Below are positions 27,477 to 37,062 of a stretch of DNA of 64,000 nt, in pieces. A program made the translations under genes and the position numbers. The DNA comes from a virus (taxonomy: Duplodnaviria > Heunggongvirae > Uroviricota > Caudoviricetes), in the IMG/VR virus record IMGVR_UViG_3300028591_000125; one strand, 5' to 3'. Positions within the stretch are counted from its first letter, which is position 1; each line of letters starts with the position of its first letter. The notes under the pieces were generated by a model. It did no database searches, was not told where the DNA came from, and saw nothing but the letters and a program-made list of their open reading frames with translations.

Positions 27477-29369
27477 TTAAGCGTATGTAATTTTCGTGGT
27501 TTTATTTTTCAATGCTGCATTAGTTACTATCTTTCCTAATTTAACAGCAAACTCAGATAAGTCTTTTGAAAGATCAATGAACTTATTAGCTCCGTATATA
27601 CTCTCTGCTTCTCCATATCCTTCTATCAAAATACCAAAAATCTCCATATCAAAGTTCTTTTCAGCTTTTTCAATTTTCCTTTTGGTATCATTATTAGCTT
27701 CTTTTCCCCAATAATCATTTGCACAGGGTTCACCATCAGATAGAACAAACATAGTACAGTGAGATTTAGTATATTTTCTAATATCTTTTGCAATAGTTAA
27801 AATTGCTTGACCGTCTCTATTTTCTTCTCTTGCTTTAATTTTGCTTAATGAAAATGGATTCTTGTCTTTAGGTGAGCAATAACAAGTTACTTCTGTTGAA
27901 CATCTTTTAAGAGTATCTGCTGTATGCCCATAAATAAATAATTCAACACCAGGTATGTTACTAAAGGCTTCATACATTAATACTGCAGTTTCTCTAGCAC
28001 TTCTGATTCTACCACCATAACTCATTGATGCTGATTCATCAACTACTATACAAATTGCAGTAGAATTAGTTCTAACCTGTCCTTGTCTGACATAAACGTG
28101 TTGTTCACCTTGATAAGCCTCAGCTAATTTTGTAGTATCTAATAAACCAGACCTACATCCTCTTATATCGAAATCAAAATTTTTATCCTTAACAAATACG
28201 AGCTTTTTTAATGCCGGTACATAAGGTAATATTTTTTTTCTAATTTCAAAATAATTAGACTTATCACTCTCAAAAATTATTCCTGCTTTTTTTACATAAG
28301 AATCATCGGGATACTCAACTACATCACCATTAAGTATATCACAAAAGTTTACTAGTTCTTCTTCTTCTCTTACTAAATCATCTGCAATTGGAGAAGTGCG
28401 ATATACATAATCACCTTTATTCAATGAGGCATCTTTTCCGGTATATACATCTCTGAAGAAATCAAATTCAATTGCTTTGAGTATTCCACATAACTCACTA
28501 TTTAAGTAATCATCACGTTTTTCATAATCAGAGACATCATACATTGAGTACAATTCATTCATTACGAATTCAACAATTAGATCTGAGGTAGTACAACTTA
28601 ATTTTGTATTAGATGAGTCACTATAAATAGGTTCTACAATGTCTAATATTTTATTAGTCTGTTCTTCAGATAGTAATGTTGATCCTGGTGTCTGAGATCT
28701 AAATCTTATGATATTTACTACATCTTTAATTAACTGTAAACATTTGTCTTTTTGAGTCTCAGATAAAAACTCACTCTGTTCATAATCAAATTTATTCAAT
28801 TTATCAATATAAACCGAGTATCCAGGCCTCTCCATTAATAATCGATTTTCTACTCTCTCATCTTCTAATATATTAACGAATATCTCAGATAGATAAGAAC
28901 TAACGGAAAGTTTTTTATCACATATTTTTCTAAGTTCAAAATATTTTCTTAATGTTCTTAGTTCAGTATATTTTAGATGTGCAGATTCATGTACACCAAT
29001 AGAACACATGCAGTCTAATTTTTCCTCTGTAGTTTTTTTCAGATTCAAAACAGCTGTAGGTAAGAACATATATACATACTTACTAGATCTTCTTGATCCT
29101 AACTCTCTAGTAAAAGCAAGTTTGATCTGAAAAGGAAAATCTAATATAACTATAGTATCATAAATTGTTTTGTATGAGGTTCGTAGTATGGTTTTTGATT
29201 CTTCATCCATACCTTTTCTATATGAATGAGAATCATAATAACCACCGTAATCTTTTAGGTATGACCAGGAACTACTCTTATAAAAAGTAGAACTATCATA
29301 ACCTAATGATGATTTATAAGTTACTCCACCTCTAAATTTATTTTTAAATGCAGTACTAAAATCTGACAT
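27477..29369 (-). CDS. von Willebrand factor A (VWA) domain protein, CobT/CbbO/NorD-like partner of AAA+ ATPase
   Basis: 630 aa ORF. The C-terminal VWA has a MIDAS-like VVDESASMSYGG...IYGHTADT segment. Confidence 0.65.
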   Translation of the reverse strand: MSDFSTAFKNKFRGGVTYKSSLGYDSSTFYKSSSWSYLKDYGGYYDSHSYRKGMDEESKTILRTSYKTIYDTIVILDFPFQIKLAFTRELGSRRSSKYVYMFLPTAVLNLKKTTEEKLDCMCSIGVHESAHLKYTELRTLRKYFELRKICDKKLSVSSYLSEIFVNILEDERVENRLLMERPGYSVYIDKLNKFDYEQSEFLSETQKDKCLQLIKDVVNIIRFRSQTPGSTLLSEEQTNKILDIVEPIYSDSSNTKLSCTTSDLIVEFVMNELYSMYDVSDYEKRDDYLNSELCGILKAIEFDFFRDVYTGKDASLNKGDYVYRTSPIADDLVREEEELVNFCDILNGDVVEYPDDSYVKKAGIIFESDKSNYFEIRKKILPYVPALKKLVFVKDKNFDFDIRGCRSGLLDTTKLAEAYQGEQHVYVRQGQVRTNSTAICIVVDESASMSYGGRIRSARETAVLMYEAFSNIPGVELFIYGHTADTLKRCSTEVTCYCSPKDKNPFSLSKIKAREENRDGQAILTIAKDIRKYTKSHCTMFVLSDGEPCANDYWGKEANNDTKRKIEKAEKNFDMEIFGILIEGYGEAESIYGANKFIDLSKDLSEFAVKLGKIVTNAALKNKTTKITYA

Positions 29370-29374
29370 ATATA

Positions 29375-30589
29375 TTAATAGCTAGTTAAAAGTTTGAATA
29401 CAGTGCTTCGTTCACCCTCTACTTTCGTTCCTTCATAGATTGGTAAATAAACGGCTTGCATTGCGTCTCCAATTGACCAACCATCTGAAACTAATTCAGC
29501 AACCATTAAAGATTCACGAACACTAGGACAACAAGATAATTCCTGTTTCTTAGCCAAAGATCTTATGTTATTGGCTATCTTAACTATAATTTTAGCAAGA
29601 TCTGATTTTATATTTGTTCTTTTTACTAGAACATCTACTTCTTCAGTCTCTGGTATATAGTTAAGCTCCAGTGGGAAGAATCTATTAACTAGTGCTCTAT
29701 CCATAGAATTAGTTCCTGAATATTCAGCACCAACATTTGCAGTTGCTATAAAAGTAACTTCTGGATGTATCTTTATATCTCTAACACCTTTTCCACAAGC
29801 TATTTCTACGCTTAAACTTCTTCTCTCATCAAGACAAGGAAATAATATATTCATTGCAGTTTGAGGTGCTCTAGAAAGTTCATCAAGAAGAATCACACCA
29901 GGCTCTTGAATAACCTTAGTGAAGTTAGCATAATCAAATACACTTTCTCCTCCTTCTAATCTGTGAACTCCTAAAAGCGACGATATAGGATCTAACATAC
30001 TTCCCATATCAAACACATGAAGATTAAGTCCAAGTCTTTCACATAATATTTTTATACAACTTGTTTTTCCAGTACCAGCAGGTCCTAATATCAAAGTATT
30101 AACTTGCTTCTTTATATTTCTAGCTAGTAATTTCCAATCATTACTTTGCATAAAAAAGCCGTCATCCTTAGAAGTAGGTGCCTTAAAGTAAGAATCTTTT
30201 GATAGAGTTTTATAAAGAGTTATAACCTCTTCTTTTTCTTCTATCACAGGTTCTTCGGTTTTTGTAGAACGATCTTCTACTTCAATTTCTACTTCTTCTA
30301 CTTTTTCTTTTTTTATTTCTAAAGACTCCATAAGCTTTTTATATTCATCTTTTATTACTGTTGCTGTAGTATCTGACACTACATATACACGTCCTTTATA
30401 ATAGGTTGCACCAGAAGACAGTGAAACAGTAGTTGGATGACGATATGAAAAATATATGGTATCAGTAGAAGAAGACCTAATTGTTTTAGAACAACTAACT
30501 CTACAAGTTACATCTAATCCTTGGCCAGGTAATGGATAAATCGAAATTTTTCCTTTCTCTAATTTTCCAGTATAAAAATAATAACTCAT
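29375..30589 (-). CDS. MoxR/CbbQ/CobS-like AAA+ ATPase
   Basis: 404 aa ORF with Walker A LILGPAGTGKTS, Walker B ILLDELSRA and a sensor region ATANVGAEYSG. It sits directly upstream of the VWA gene. Confidence 0.65.
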   Translation of the reverse strand: MSYYFYTGKLEKGKISIYPLPGQGLDVTCRVSCSKTIRSSSTDTIYFSYRHPTTVSLSSGATYYKGRVYVVSDTTATVIKDEYKKLMESLEIKKEKVEEVEIEVEDRSTKTEEPVIEEKEEVITLYKTLSKDSYFKAPTSKDDGFFMQSNDWKLLARNIKKQVNTLILGPAGTGKTSCIKILCERLGLNLHVFDMGSMLDPISSLLGVHRLEGGESVFDYANFTKVIQEPGVILLDELSRAPQTAMNILFPCLDERRSLSVEIACGKGVRDIKIHPEVTFIATANVGAEYSGTNSMDRALVNRFFPLELNYIPETEEVDVLVKRTNIKSDLAKIIVKIANNIRSLAKKQELSCCPSVRESLMVAELVSDGWSIGDAMQAVYLPIYEGTKVEGERSTVFKLLTSY

Positions 30590-30714
30590 ATATAAAAAAT
30601 TTAAATATTAATAATTCATTTTACTAATTGTGTAATATAGCACTAAACTATACTACACAGATATAAGGAATTCAAAAGAAAAAAGGAAGAACATATTAGT
30701 TCCTCCTATATAAA

Positions 30715-31095
30715 TTAATTTTTCTCAAGATTGATAAGATAGATATACTTATTTGTTGTTGCCCAAAAATCATCAACAATACAATTAATTCCAGTCCACA
30801 ACATACTATCCTTAGCTTCTTTCTTAATGCTAGTTAGTATACCTCTGATTTCTTCCAAAAGACTTGTAAAATCCATACTCTCTGGAAGAACTGGATCTAA
30901 TGTTCCGGGTTCTATAGTTCCCCATAATGCTTGAGAATTTTCCATTACTTTATCTTCAAACTCACTAAACTCAGAATCATACTCGTCTATAAGTTTGTGA
31001 ATAGTAATGGATGAGGCTGAAAAATGTAGTTCCTTCAATCTAGTACCAATGCCTCTTAACTGGTTTTCTAGATTAATAATAAATTCATTCGTCAT
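30715..31095 (-). CDS. hypothetical protein
   Basis: 126 aa ORF. Confidence 0.5.
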   Translation of the reverse strand: MTNEFIINLENQLRGIGTRLKELHFSASSITIHKLIDEYDSEFSEFEDKVMENSQALWGTIEPGTLDPVLPESMDFTSLLEEIRGILTSIKKEAKDSMLWTGINCIVDDFWATTNKYIYLINLEKN

Positions 31096-31170
31096 ATCAA
31101 TTCAGTTTAAATTATTAAGTTTCATTCTATTAATAAGGAGTCCAGTTTATTTCGAGTGTGAAATCTTAAT

Positions 31171-31187
31171 TTCCTTATATATGTATG
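31171..31187 (+). promoter_or_regulatory. example of the conserved gene-start motif TTCCTTATATATGT(T)ATG (plus-strand copy)
   Basis: The motif ends 2 nt before the ATG of 31185..31727. The same 12-14-mer was located by eye more than 30 times, e.g. 14150, 22363, 26778, 37044, 45830, 59400, 61017 on plus. Confidence 0.6.
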
Positions 31188-31727
31188 GATAATATAAGTA
31201 AATTATTCGATAATGCAACTAAAATAATAAATACAGTTAATCCAGATTTTTCACTTATCGGAACAGAAATTTTTTCCAGCGCTTTTGGAGAGTTATCTTT
31301 AGTGTCATTTGATGAAGATACTATAACTCTATCTACTAAAGATGAAAAATTAATATATCAATTCGATAACTATGGAAGATTAGCTGAAACTGGAGAATCA
31401 TTATTATTCCCAGGAAAGAATACTAGATCTTGGTATTATTTCTATAAAAGATACATACACCTTTACTTATGCTTAATACTAAAACCTAATACTCCTTGTT
31501 TATATTACAGAGAAGGTGAGAATTGGAGACTTGCAGTATTAAAAAGACTACCTGAACTAGGCGCACTAGGTAAAGCTGATTCATTTGAAATTCAACGAAA
31601 TGATGGAAAATTTGTAAGCGTTGATAAGGTTTTACCATTTAGTATACAATATTTTAATAGTTCCCGTTTTCCTTGCTGGTATGAAACTTGGGAATTTAAT
31701 TTTAATAAAGAAATGTTTGAATTATGA
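31185..31727 (+). CDS. hypothetical protein
   Basis: 180 aa ORF. Motif TTCCTTATATATGTATG at 31171..31187. Confidence 0.5.
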   Translation: MDNISKLFDNATKIINTVNPDFSLIGTEIFSSAFGELSLVSFDEDTITLSTKDEKLIYQFDNYGRLAETGESLLFPGKNTRSWYYFYKRYIHLYLCLILKPNTPCLYYREGENWRLAVLKRLPELGALGKADSFEIQRNDGKFVSVDKVLPFSIQYFNSSRFPCWYETWEFNFNKEMFEL

Positions 31728-32068
31728 GTAAATATGTACTTTTTCCGATTACGCCCGGATCTGATTATTTAACTATTGGAACAGTCTTAGAAAAAGGCGA
31801 AGATAAAATTAAGGTTCAAAATATCTCTACGCCTGCTTCAACTTGGACTTCTTTATGGCGTGAAATAAATGAACCTAAAAAACTCGCCTTAGAAGATAGA
31901 CTGGGAAAAGCTGTTGATTGTATAGGGCGTGTGATAAAAGTTGGAGATTTTTGTCTATACCTACACAACAAAGAAATATTAGAAGGTATAGTTGAAGAAA
32001 TTAACTCTGAACTTTGGGTTACTGTTGATGGGATTAAAGTTAGAAACGTTAGTACCTATATTATATGA
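31724..32068 (+). CDS. hypothetical protein
   Basis: 114 aa ORF. Confidence 0.5.
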   Translation: MSKYVLFPITPGSDYLTIGTVLEKGEDKIKVQNISTPASTWTSLWREINEPKKLALEDRLGKAVDCIGRVIKVGDFCLYLHNKEILEGIVEEINSELWVTVDGIKVRNVSTYII

Positions 32069-32856
32069 GTTATAGATATATACAACATTTTCCTGGACAA
32101 AGAGCATTAAATTGTAATGGAGTTCTTTTCTTTTTCAAAACCTTTTATTCAACTAAAATAGACTTAGACTTAAAATCTAAAACTGCTTTAATAGAATTAG
32201 AAAAACTTAATTCTTCTCTTTCAGCTTACTACGGAGTACTTTTTTACGATGAATTATTAATCTCATGCCCATTTGGATTATATAAATATTTATACTCTAA
32301 TCCAGATAACATAATTCCTCTTTACTCTTTTGATTCAGAGTATGAGAAATTATTTATATCAAAGGTTCCTGATAAATACATAGATTCAATAACTTATTCA
32401 GAAAATAAAACAATAGTAAAATTTTCACGCACACTATATGAGTTAGTTGATTGCGTAAAGTTTTGGGGTATCGATTCCTCACCAAGTCTGGATTTTCTCA
32501 TTCATTATTTACATAAATCAGAACATTGTTTCTATTTCTCTGATGATTTAGAAGTAAAGGATTTTGATCTTCTTAATTCTATCGCTATCAATAAAGATAA
32601 TATAATAACACACTATAAATATTATCTTGATGGCCATGATTTATATTCAATACATCTCTATGGAGCTCAACTTGGAAAGATAAAAAGTACATCATTTAAT
32701 GTAGCTATAAATCTTTACGCCTGGAGACAAGATGATAAACTATTTATATCAGATAACTCCGAACTAGTTATGTGTAGTCCATTTACTATACCATTTTGGA
32801 TATTACCAGAAATAAAAGATGGAGAGATTGAACAAATAGTATTAAAATATTTTTAA
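32065..32856 (+). CDS. hypothetical protein
   Basis: 263 aa ORF. Confidence 0.5.
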   Translation: MSYRYIQHFPGQRALNCNGVLFFFKTFYSTKIDLDLKSKTALIELEKLNSSLSAYYGVLFYDELLISCPFGLYKYLYSNPDNIIPLYSFDSEYEKLFISKVPDKYIDSITYSENKTIVKFSRTLYELVDCVKFWGIDSSPSLDFLIHYLHKSEHCFYFSDDLEVKDFDLLNSIAINKDNIITHYKYYLDGHDLYSIHLYGAQLGKIKSTSFNVAINLYAWRQDDKLFISDNSELVMCSPFTIPFWILPEIKDGEIEQIVLKYF

Positions 32857-32858
32857 TT

Positions 32859-33935
32859 ATGTTTGATATAATAAGAAACGAAGGTAGATTGTTGTTTGAA
32901 GGAATAAGAGGAAGTCATTTACACGGACTTAATACTGAAACCTCTGATATAGATCACTCAGGAATTTTTATAGCTCCTGAAGATCAAATACTAGGACTTC
33001 GTGTTGGTTACGTTAGATGTGTGGAATCAAAAAGTAAGGACGATGTTTGGAATGAACTTGAAAAATTATTTGAAGAGTTAGCTAAGAGTAATGAGAGTGC
33101 ACTTGAAACTTTATATACTCCAAAAGAATTAACCTTACACTATGATCCTGTACTCGATCCTCTTTTCAATTACAGAGATAACCTAATTACTAAGAGGTGT
33201 TTTCATTCTTTTGGTAATTATGCTTTATCTCAAATTAAAAAAGCAAAGGGACTAAAGAAACTGATTAATATAGACCCTGAAGAAATGAAAGTCCGAAAAT
33301 CAATCCTTCATTTCTGCATCGTTCTTGAGGGCGTTAAAACTATCCCCCTAAATGAATGGTTAGAACGTGAGGGCCTTGATGAAAAAAATTGTGGCCTTAG
33401 TAAATGTAATAAGGGGGTTGAACTTTACGCCCTATATTACGATGCTACAGGAACTAAGGAATATCGGGGTTTATATGAAGAAGGAAGCACACAACTAAAA
33501 CTAACCGCTATACCTAAAGGAGAAGAGCCCGTTTGTACTTTCCAATTTAATATCGACGCTTTCTCTGGACATTGTAGGGATTATAAGAGATATTGGGAGT
33601 GGGTTGAAAAAAGAAATCAGGAAAGATATGAACTCGAAAAAGGATATAACTTCAATGCTAAGAATATAAGTAATGCAGTTCGTCTTTGTACTATGGCTAA
33701 AGAACTTGCAAACGGAGAGGGTATGATTTTAAATAGAGCAGGTAGAGATAAAGATTTCCTGCTTAGTATTAAAAATCATGAATGTACGTTTGATGAGATT
33801 ATTAAGTACATAGAAAACCTACGAACTGAAATGCTTGAGGCCTTTGAGAAATCTAAACTACCTGAAGAACCCGATAAAAAAGAACTCCAAAATATCCTAG
33901 TTAAAATAAGAAAGGAATTCTACTCAAAAAAGTAA
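32859..33935 (+). CDS. Pol-beta-superfamily nucleotidyltransferase
   Basis: 358 aa ORF. N-terminal GSHLHGLNTETSDIDHSGIF fits the hG[GS]x9-13DhD NTase signature. It has a helical C-terminal domain. Confidence 0.5.
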   Translation: MFDIIRNEGRLLFEGIRGSHLHGLNTETSDIDHSGIFIAPEDQILGLRVGYVRCVESKSKDDVWNELEKLFEELAKSNESALETLYTPKELTLHYDPVLDPLFNYRDNLITKRCFHSFGNYALSQIKKAKGLKKLINIDPEEMKVRKSILHFCIVLEGVKTIPLNEWLEREGLDEKNCGLSKCNKGVELYALYYDATGTKEYRGLYEEGSTQLKLTAIPKGEEPVCTFQFNIDAFSGHCRDYKRYWEWVEKRNQERYELEKGYNFNAKNISNAVRLCTMAKELANGEGMILNRAGRDKDFLLSIKNHECTFDEIIKYIENLRTEMLEAFEKSKLPEEPDKKELQNILVKIRKEFYSKK

Positions 33936-34037
33936 GGGAGCTCAATTCCTTATAGATGAAAAAAAATAAAAATTAAAATGTAATCAAAACTAAAAATTTT
34001 AAACTATGAAGAAGAAATTTATTAAAAAACTTTAGAT

Positions 34038-34505
34038 ATGAATTGGAATTACATTTTAGAAGTGGGACTAAAACTGGCTGTTGCAGTCGGTGCTGGTTTC
34101 GCAGTGTTCATGGGAATTGAAAACGCTACTAAGAGAAATCAGATGAATGTAAATGTAGCTCAACCAAACCCAGATGGAACAAACAATGTAGGAGTTGAAC
34201 CAGTGAACAATAAATACACTGGCAACGAAAATGTAGTTGTGAGTGGCTTAAGAGCAGCTCAAAATACTTGTGGAAAATTATTTAATCTTACACAAGGATT
34301 AGTAACTGTGGTTGAAAGCGTTGGTTCTTTCACTAGCAGTAATAATGGAAACTATAGTTATCCAGATTATGGAGGCTATGGGTATTTTCCACAACAGCAG
34401 CAATCATGTGGTATCGGATGGAGACGCCGAAATCCATTTATTATCGAAGAGGTGCCTCTCGGAAATGCTGCACCTATAAATTATAATACTCAGTATCCTT
34501 ATTAA
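34038..34505 (+). CDS. membrane-anchored Gly/Asn/Tyr-rich protein
   Basis: 155 aa ORF with an N-terminal TM helix and a low-complexity GN..YGGYGYFPQQQQ tail. Confidence 0.45.
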   Translation: MNWNYILEVGLKLAVAVGAGFAVFMGIENATKRNQMNVNVAQPNPDGTNNVGVEPVNNKYTGNENVVVSGLRAAQNTCGKLFNLTQGLVTVVESVGSFTSSNNGNYSYPDYGGYGYFPQQQQSCGIGWRRRNPFIIEEVPLGNAAPINYNTQYPY

Positions 34506-34623
34506 ATAATTTTTATTAGTATGGTAGTAGTATTACAATTTATGGGTTTTGTGTCTAATTAGTGCTATATAGGAAATCAAAATTCTTATATAGCATTTAT
34601 TTTCCCCTAATACCCTTAATACT

Positions 34624-34893
34624 GTGAAAGGTATTTATGGGGTTTTTGTTTTAGATAAAGAATGGGTTATAATAAAAGCAGAACCTGAAAACATAAATAT
34701 AAAAGTTAGGTTTGATCTGAGTGAATTAATTTATGAAAAATCAGAAAAACTAAACGAAAAAGAATTATATGGGGTTTGTAAAGCTCTTAATGAAAATAGA
34801 ATACCAGAGTTTGATAGTCAAGAGTGTATGGCTTTGATTTTGGAAAAATATACAACTCAAACCCTAATATATGATATTAACCAGGACATTTAA
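34624..34893 (+). CDS. hypothetical protein
   Basis: 89 aa ORF. Confidence 0.4.
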   Translation: MKGIYGVFVLDKEWVIIKAEPENINIKVRFDLSELIYEKSEKLNEKELYGVCKALNENRIPEFDSQECMALILEKYTTQTLIYDINQDI

Positions 34894-34902
34894 TTTATTT
34901 AA

Positions 34903-35427
34903 ATGCCCATAAATTTTTTTAACATGAACAATGTAAAAAATCTATTAATGATTCTAACCTGGAGCATCCTAATTGGTTGGGTAGTTCATAGGGTAGAATT
35001 AAAACAAAACAAAACAACAGAAAGTCTTATAGTAGATGACCTGTTACAAGAATTACCTCAAGAAGAACCTCTACAAATTATAAACGTAGATAAAAGTTTT
35101 CATGGTAAATCAGTTACAGCCACATACTATAATTCTGTCCCTGAACAATGTTGGGGTGATCCTTTAGTCACTGCATCCGGAAAGAGAATTGATTTAGACC
35201 TGTTAGAGAATGAAGAAATAAAATGGATAGCAGTTTCTCGGGATATACTCAAGGAATTTAAATTTGGGACTAAGATTAAAGTAGTATGTAAAGAAGATCC
35301 GAGTATAAACGGAATTTATGAAATAGCTGACACCATGCATGAGAAATTTGAAAATAAAATAGATCTCTTGTGGCCCGTAGGAAAAAAGGGTCGAGGTAGG
35401 TGGACAGTCACTATTTATAAGGTATGA
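34903..35427 (+). CDS. 3D-domain (MltA-like) putative muralytic enzyme with N-terminal signal-anchor
   Basis: 174 aa ORF with an N-terminal hydrophobic helix. The segment TATYYN...GDPLVTASGKRID...IAVSRD...FGTKIKV...GIYEIADTM fits the 3D-domain pattern. Confidence 0.5.
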   Translation: MPINFFNMNNVKNLLMILTWSILIGWVVHRVELKQNKTTESLIVDDLLQELPQEEPLQIINVDKSFHGKSVTATYYNSVPEQCWGDPLVTASGKRIDLDLLENEEIKWIAVSRDILKEFKFGTKIKVVCKEDPSINGIYEIADTMHEKFENKIDLLWPVGKKGRGRWTVTIYKV

Positions 35428-35434
35428 GAAAAAT

Positions 35435-35471
35435 GACGCTCGAACGATAAAAGGGCGTCTCTTTTTTTTTT
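35435..35471 (+). terminator. intrinsic terminator
   Basis: GACGCTCGAACGATAAAAGGGCGTC followed by T10. Confidence 0.6.
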
Positions 35472-35505
35472 GCACCCTCTAATGTTTAATTTCCTTATAT
35501 TTGAA

Positions 35506-36366
35506 ATGGTTTATGTATATAAAGACAGTAAGAATAGATATACATTTTCAACAGAACCTATACCTGAGTTACAAGTTACTCTTCTATTACCTTGGGACTA
35601 TATACCCATTGAAAATATTAGACCGTGGAAAATATTAGGTATTAGTACAGATCTTTATAAGGCTAATGTTCTTCTTTACTTAGAACAATGGAAAGACTCT
35701 ACTACACCTCCACCCTCTGAAAAACTTGAAGTAATTTATAAAACACAGGCTGAGGAAATATTATCTGATTATAAAAAAATTATAGATATCTTAGTTTCTT
35801 TAGAATTAATAAAAGAACCTCAATATCCGATTAAATATAAAAAGTATATAACCTATGAATGTGATATACTTAATTATCTTCGTGAAACTTTGGGTGATTA
35901 TGTTTTCGATCTTTGTGAAAAATATAAAAACCTGGGGGAATTAAAAAAGAACTCATTAAAAAAATTATTAAAAATAAAAGGACGTGAAAACAAATTAGGA
36001 TTTTTGCAAACACTTGAGATTGATCTTGAATTTTTTACTTTCTTGCCTCCTTGGTTTAAATCTAATTACCAGGTTTTTGGAGAACAAGAAAAAACTGTAA
36101 GAAATCAAGATACAACAACTATAGAATACAGAGAACAAACTAGAGTTGATGGTCATATAGGTGAACCTCTTATTAAAGAAAATATTTATACTGTATTTTC
36201 TTATGGAGAAATTCTTTCTTCTAAAGAAATTAAAGAAAGATTAAAAACTCTTTATGATCGATTAAATATAAAAAGAACTCCTAAAGTTTCTGATTTGTTT
36301 AGTTATTTTAATGTAATGAGAACCTATTCAAGATTATATAGATTAGATAGAAATTATGGGACTTAA
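35506..36366 (+). CDS. hypothetical protein
   Basis: The ORF-track start at 35470 lies upstream of the motif. Motif TTCCTTATATTTGAAATG places the start at 35506 (MVYVYKD...). Confidence 0.5.
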   Translation: MVYVYKDSKNRYTFSTEPIPELQVTLLLPWDYIPIENIRPWKILGISTDLYKANVLLYLEQWKDSTTPPPSEKLEVIYKTQAEEILSDYKKIIDILVSLELIKEPQYPIKYKKYITYECDILNYLRETLGDYVFDLCEKYKNLGELKKNSLKKLLKIKGRENKLGFLQTLEIDLEFFTFLPPWFKSNYQVFGEQEKTVRNQDTTTIEYREQTRVDGHIGEPLIKENIYTVFSYGEILSSKEIKERLKTLYDRLNIKRTPKVSDLFSYFNVMRTYSRLYRLDRNYGT

Positions 36367-36814
36367 TAAATTATCTAGCATTGATATTGATGATCAAATA
36401 CAGGAAACTGATGATAGTTTTAGTAAAATAAAGAAAACTATTAATTGCGATCGAACTATAAAAATCGGAGAAAAAATATTTTCTAAGTTACTAGGAAAAT
36501 CACTGGTTGTAACTAAAAAGCTTTATGGAGTAACTAGATGTGATTCCTGTGCTTATCGAGAATTTTGTGTAGGAAAACATCAGGAATTTGTATCTATCCG
36601 ATTAAAGGAAGTTGGTAATTGTTCGGCTGCAAGAAGAGATGATGGGATTCCTGTCTTCTTTAAAGAGGTTGATAGGAAATATGAAATTGATTCTGACCTA
36701 TTAAATGACCTATCCTTTATATTGAAAGGCGCTAAAACTAAAGAAGATATTTTGGATTCAGTTAATGGTGCAATTTCTATATTAAATTTATATTCAGAAA
36801 CTAAGGAGACCTGA
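36356..36814 (+). CDS. hypothetical protein
   Basis: 152 aa ORF. Confidence 0.5.
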   Translation: MGLNKLSSIDIDDQIQETDDSFSKIKKTINCDRTIKIGEKIFSKLLGKSLVVTKKLYGVTRCDSCAYREFCVGKHQEFVSIRLKEVGNCSAARRDDGIPVFFKEVDRKYEIDSDLLNDLSFILKGAKTKEDILDSVNGAISILNLYSETKET

Positions 36815-36835
36815 AATCCTTATAAATAACAAGAT

Positions 36836-36906
36836 TGTCCTATCGTATAAAGGTAGTACAACAGATTTTGGTTCTGTTGGTCTTGGTTCGATTCCAGGTA
36901 GGACAA
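36836..36906 (+). tRNA. tRNA, anticodon UUG (Gln) by my fold; UUU (Lys) under an alternative anticodon-stem register
   Basis: Acceptor TGTCCTA/TAGGACA, D-stem GTAT/GTAC, anticodon stem ACAGA/TCTGT with loop TTTTGGT, T-arm CTTGG-TTCGATT-CCAGG. Confidence 0.6.
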
Positions 36907-36932
36907 CAATAAATTTTGAGAGTTTAAAAATT

Positions 36933-37007
36933 GGTGTGTTAGTTCAGTTTGGTTAGAATACATGCCTGTCACGCATGGGGTCACGGGTTCGAGTCCCGTA
37001 CACACCG
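36933..37007 (+). tRNA. tRNA-Asp (GUC)
   Basis: Acceptor GGTGTGT/ACACACC, anticodon stem CATGC/GCATG with loop CTGTCAC, T-loop TTCGAGT. Confidence 0.75.
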
Positions 37008-37062
37008 CATAAAAAAATAGATTGGATTAATTCCTTTCTATTTTTTATTTTCCTTATATATA

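Noticed and set aside
36820-37005. ORF 36820..37005(-), 61 aa
   Set aside because: It overlaps the tRNA Gln/Asp pair on the opposite strand, so it is spurious.
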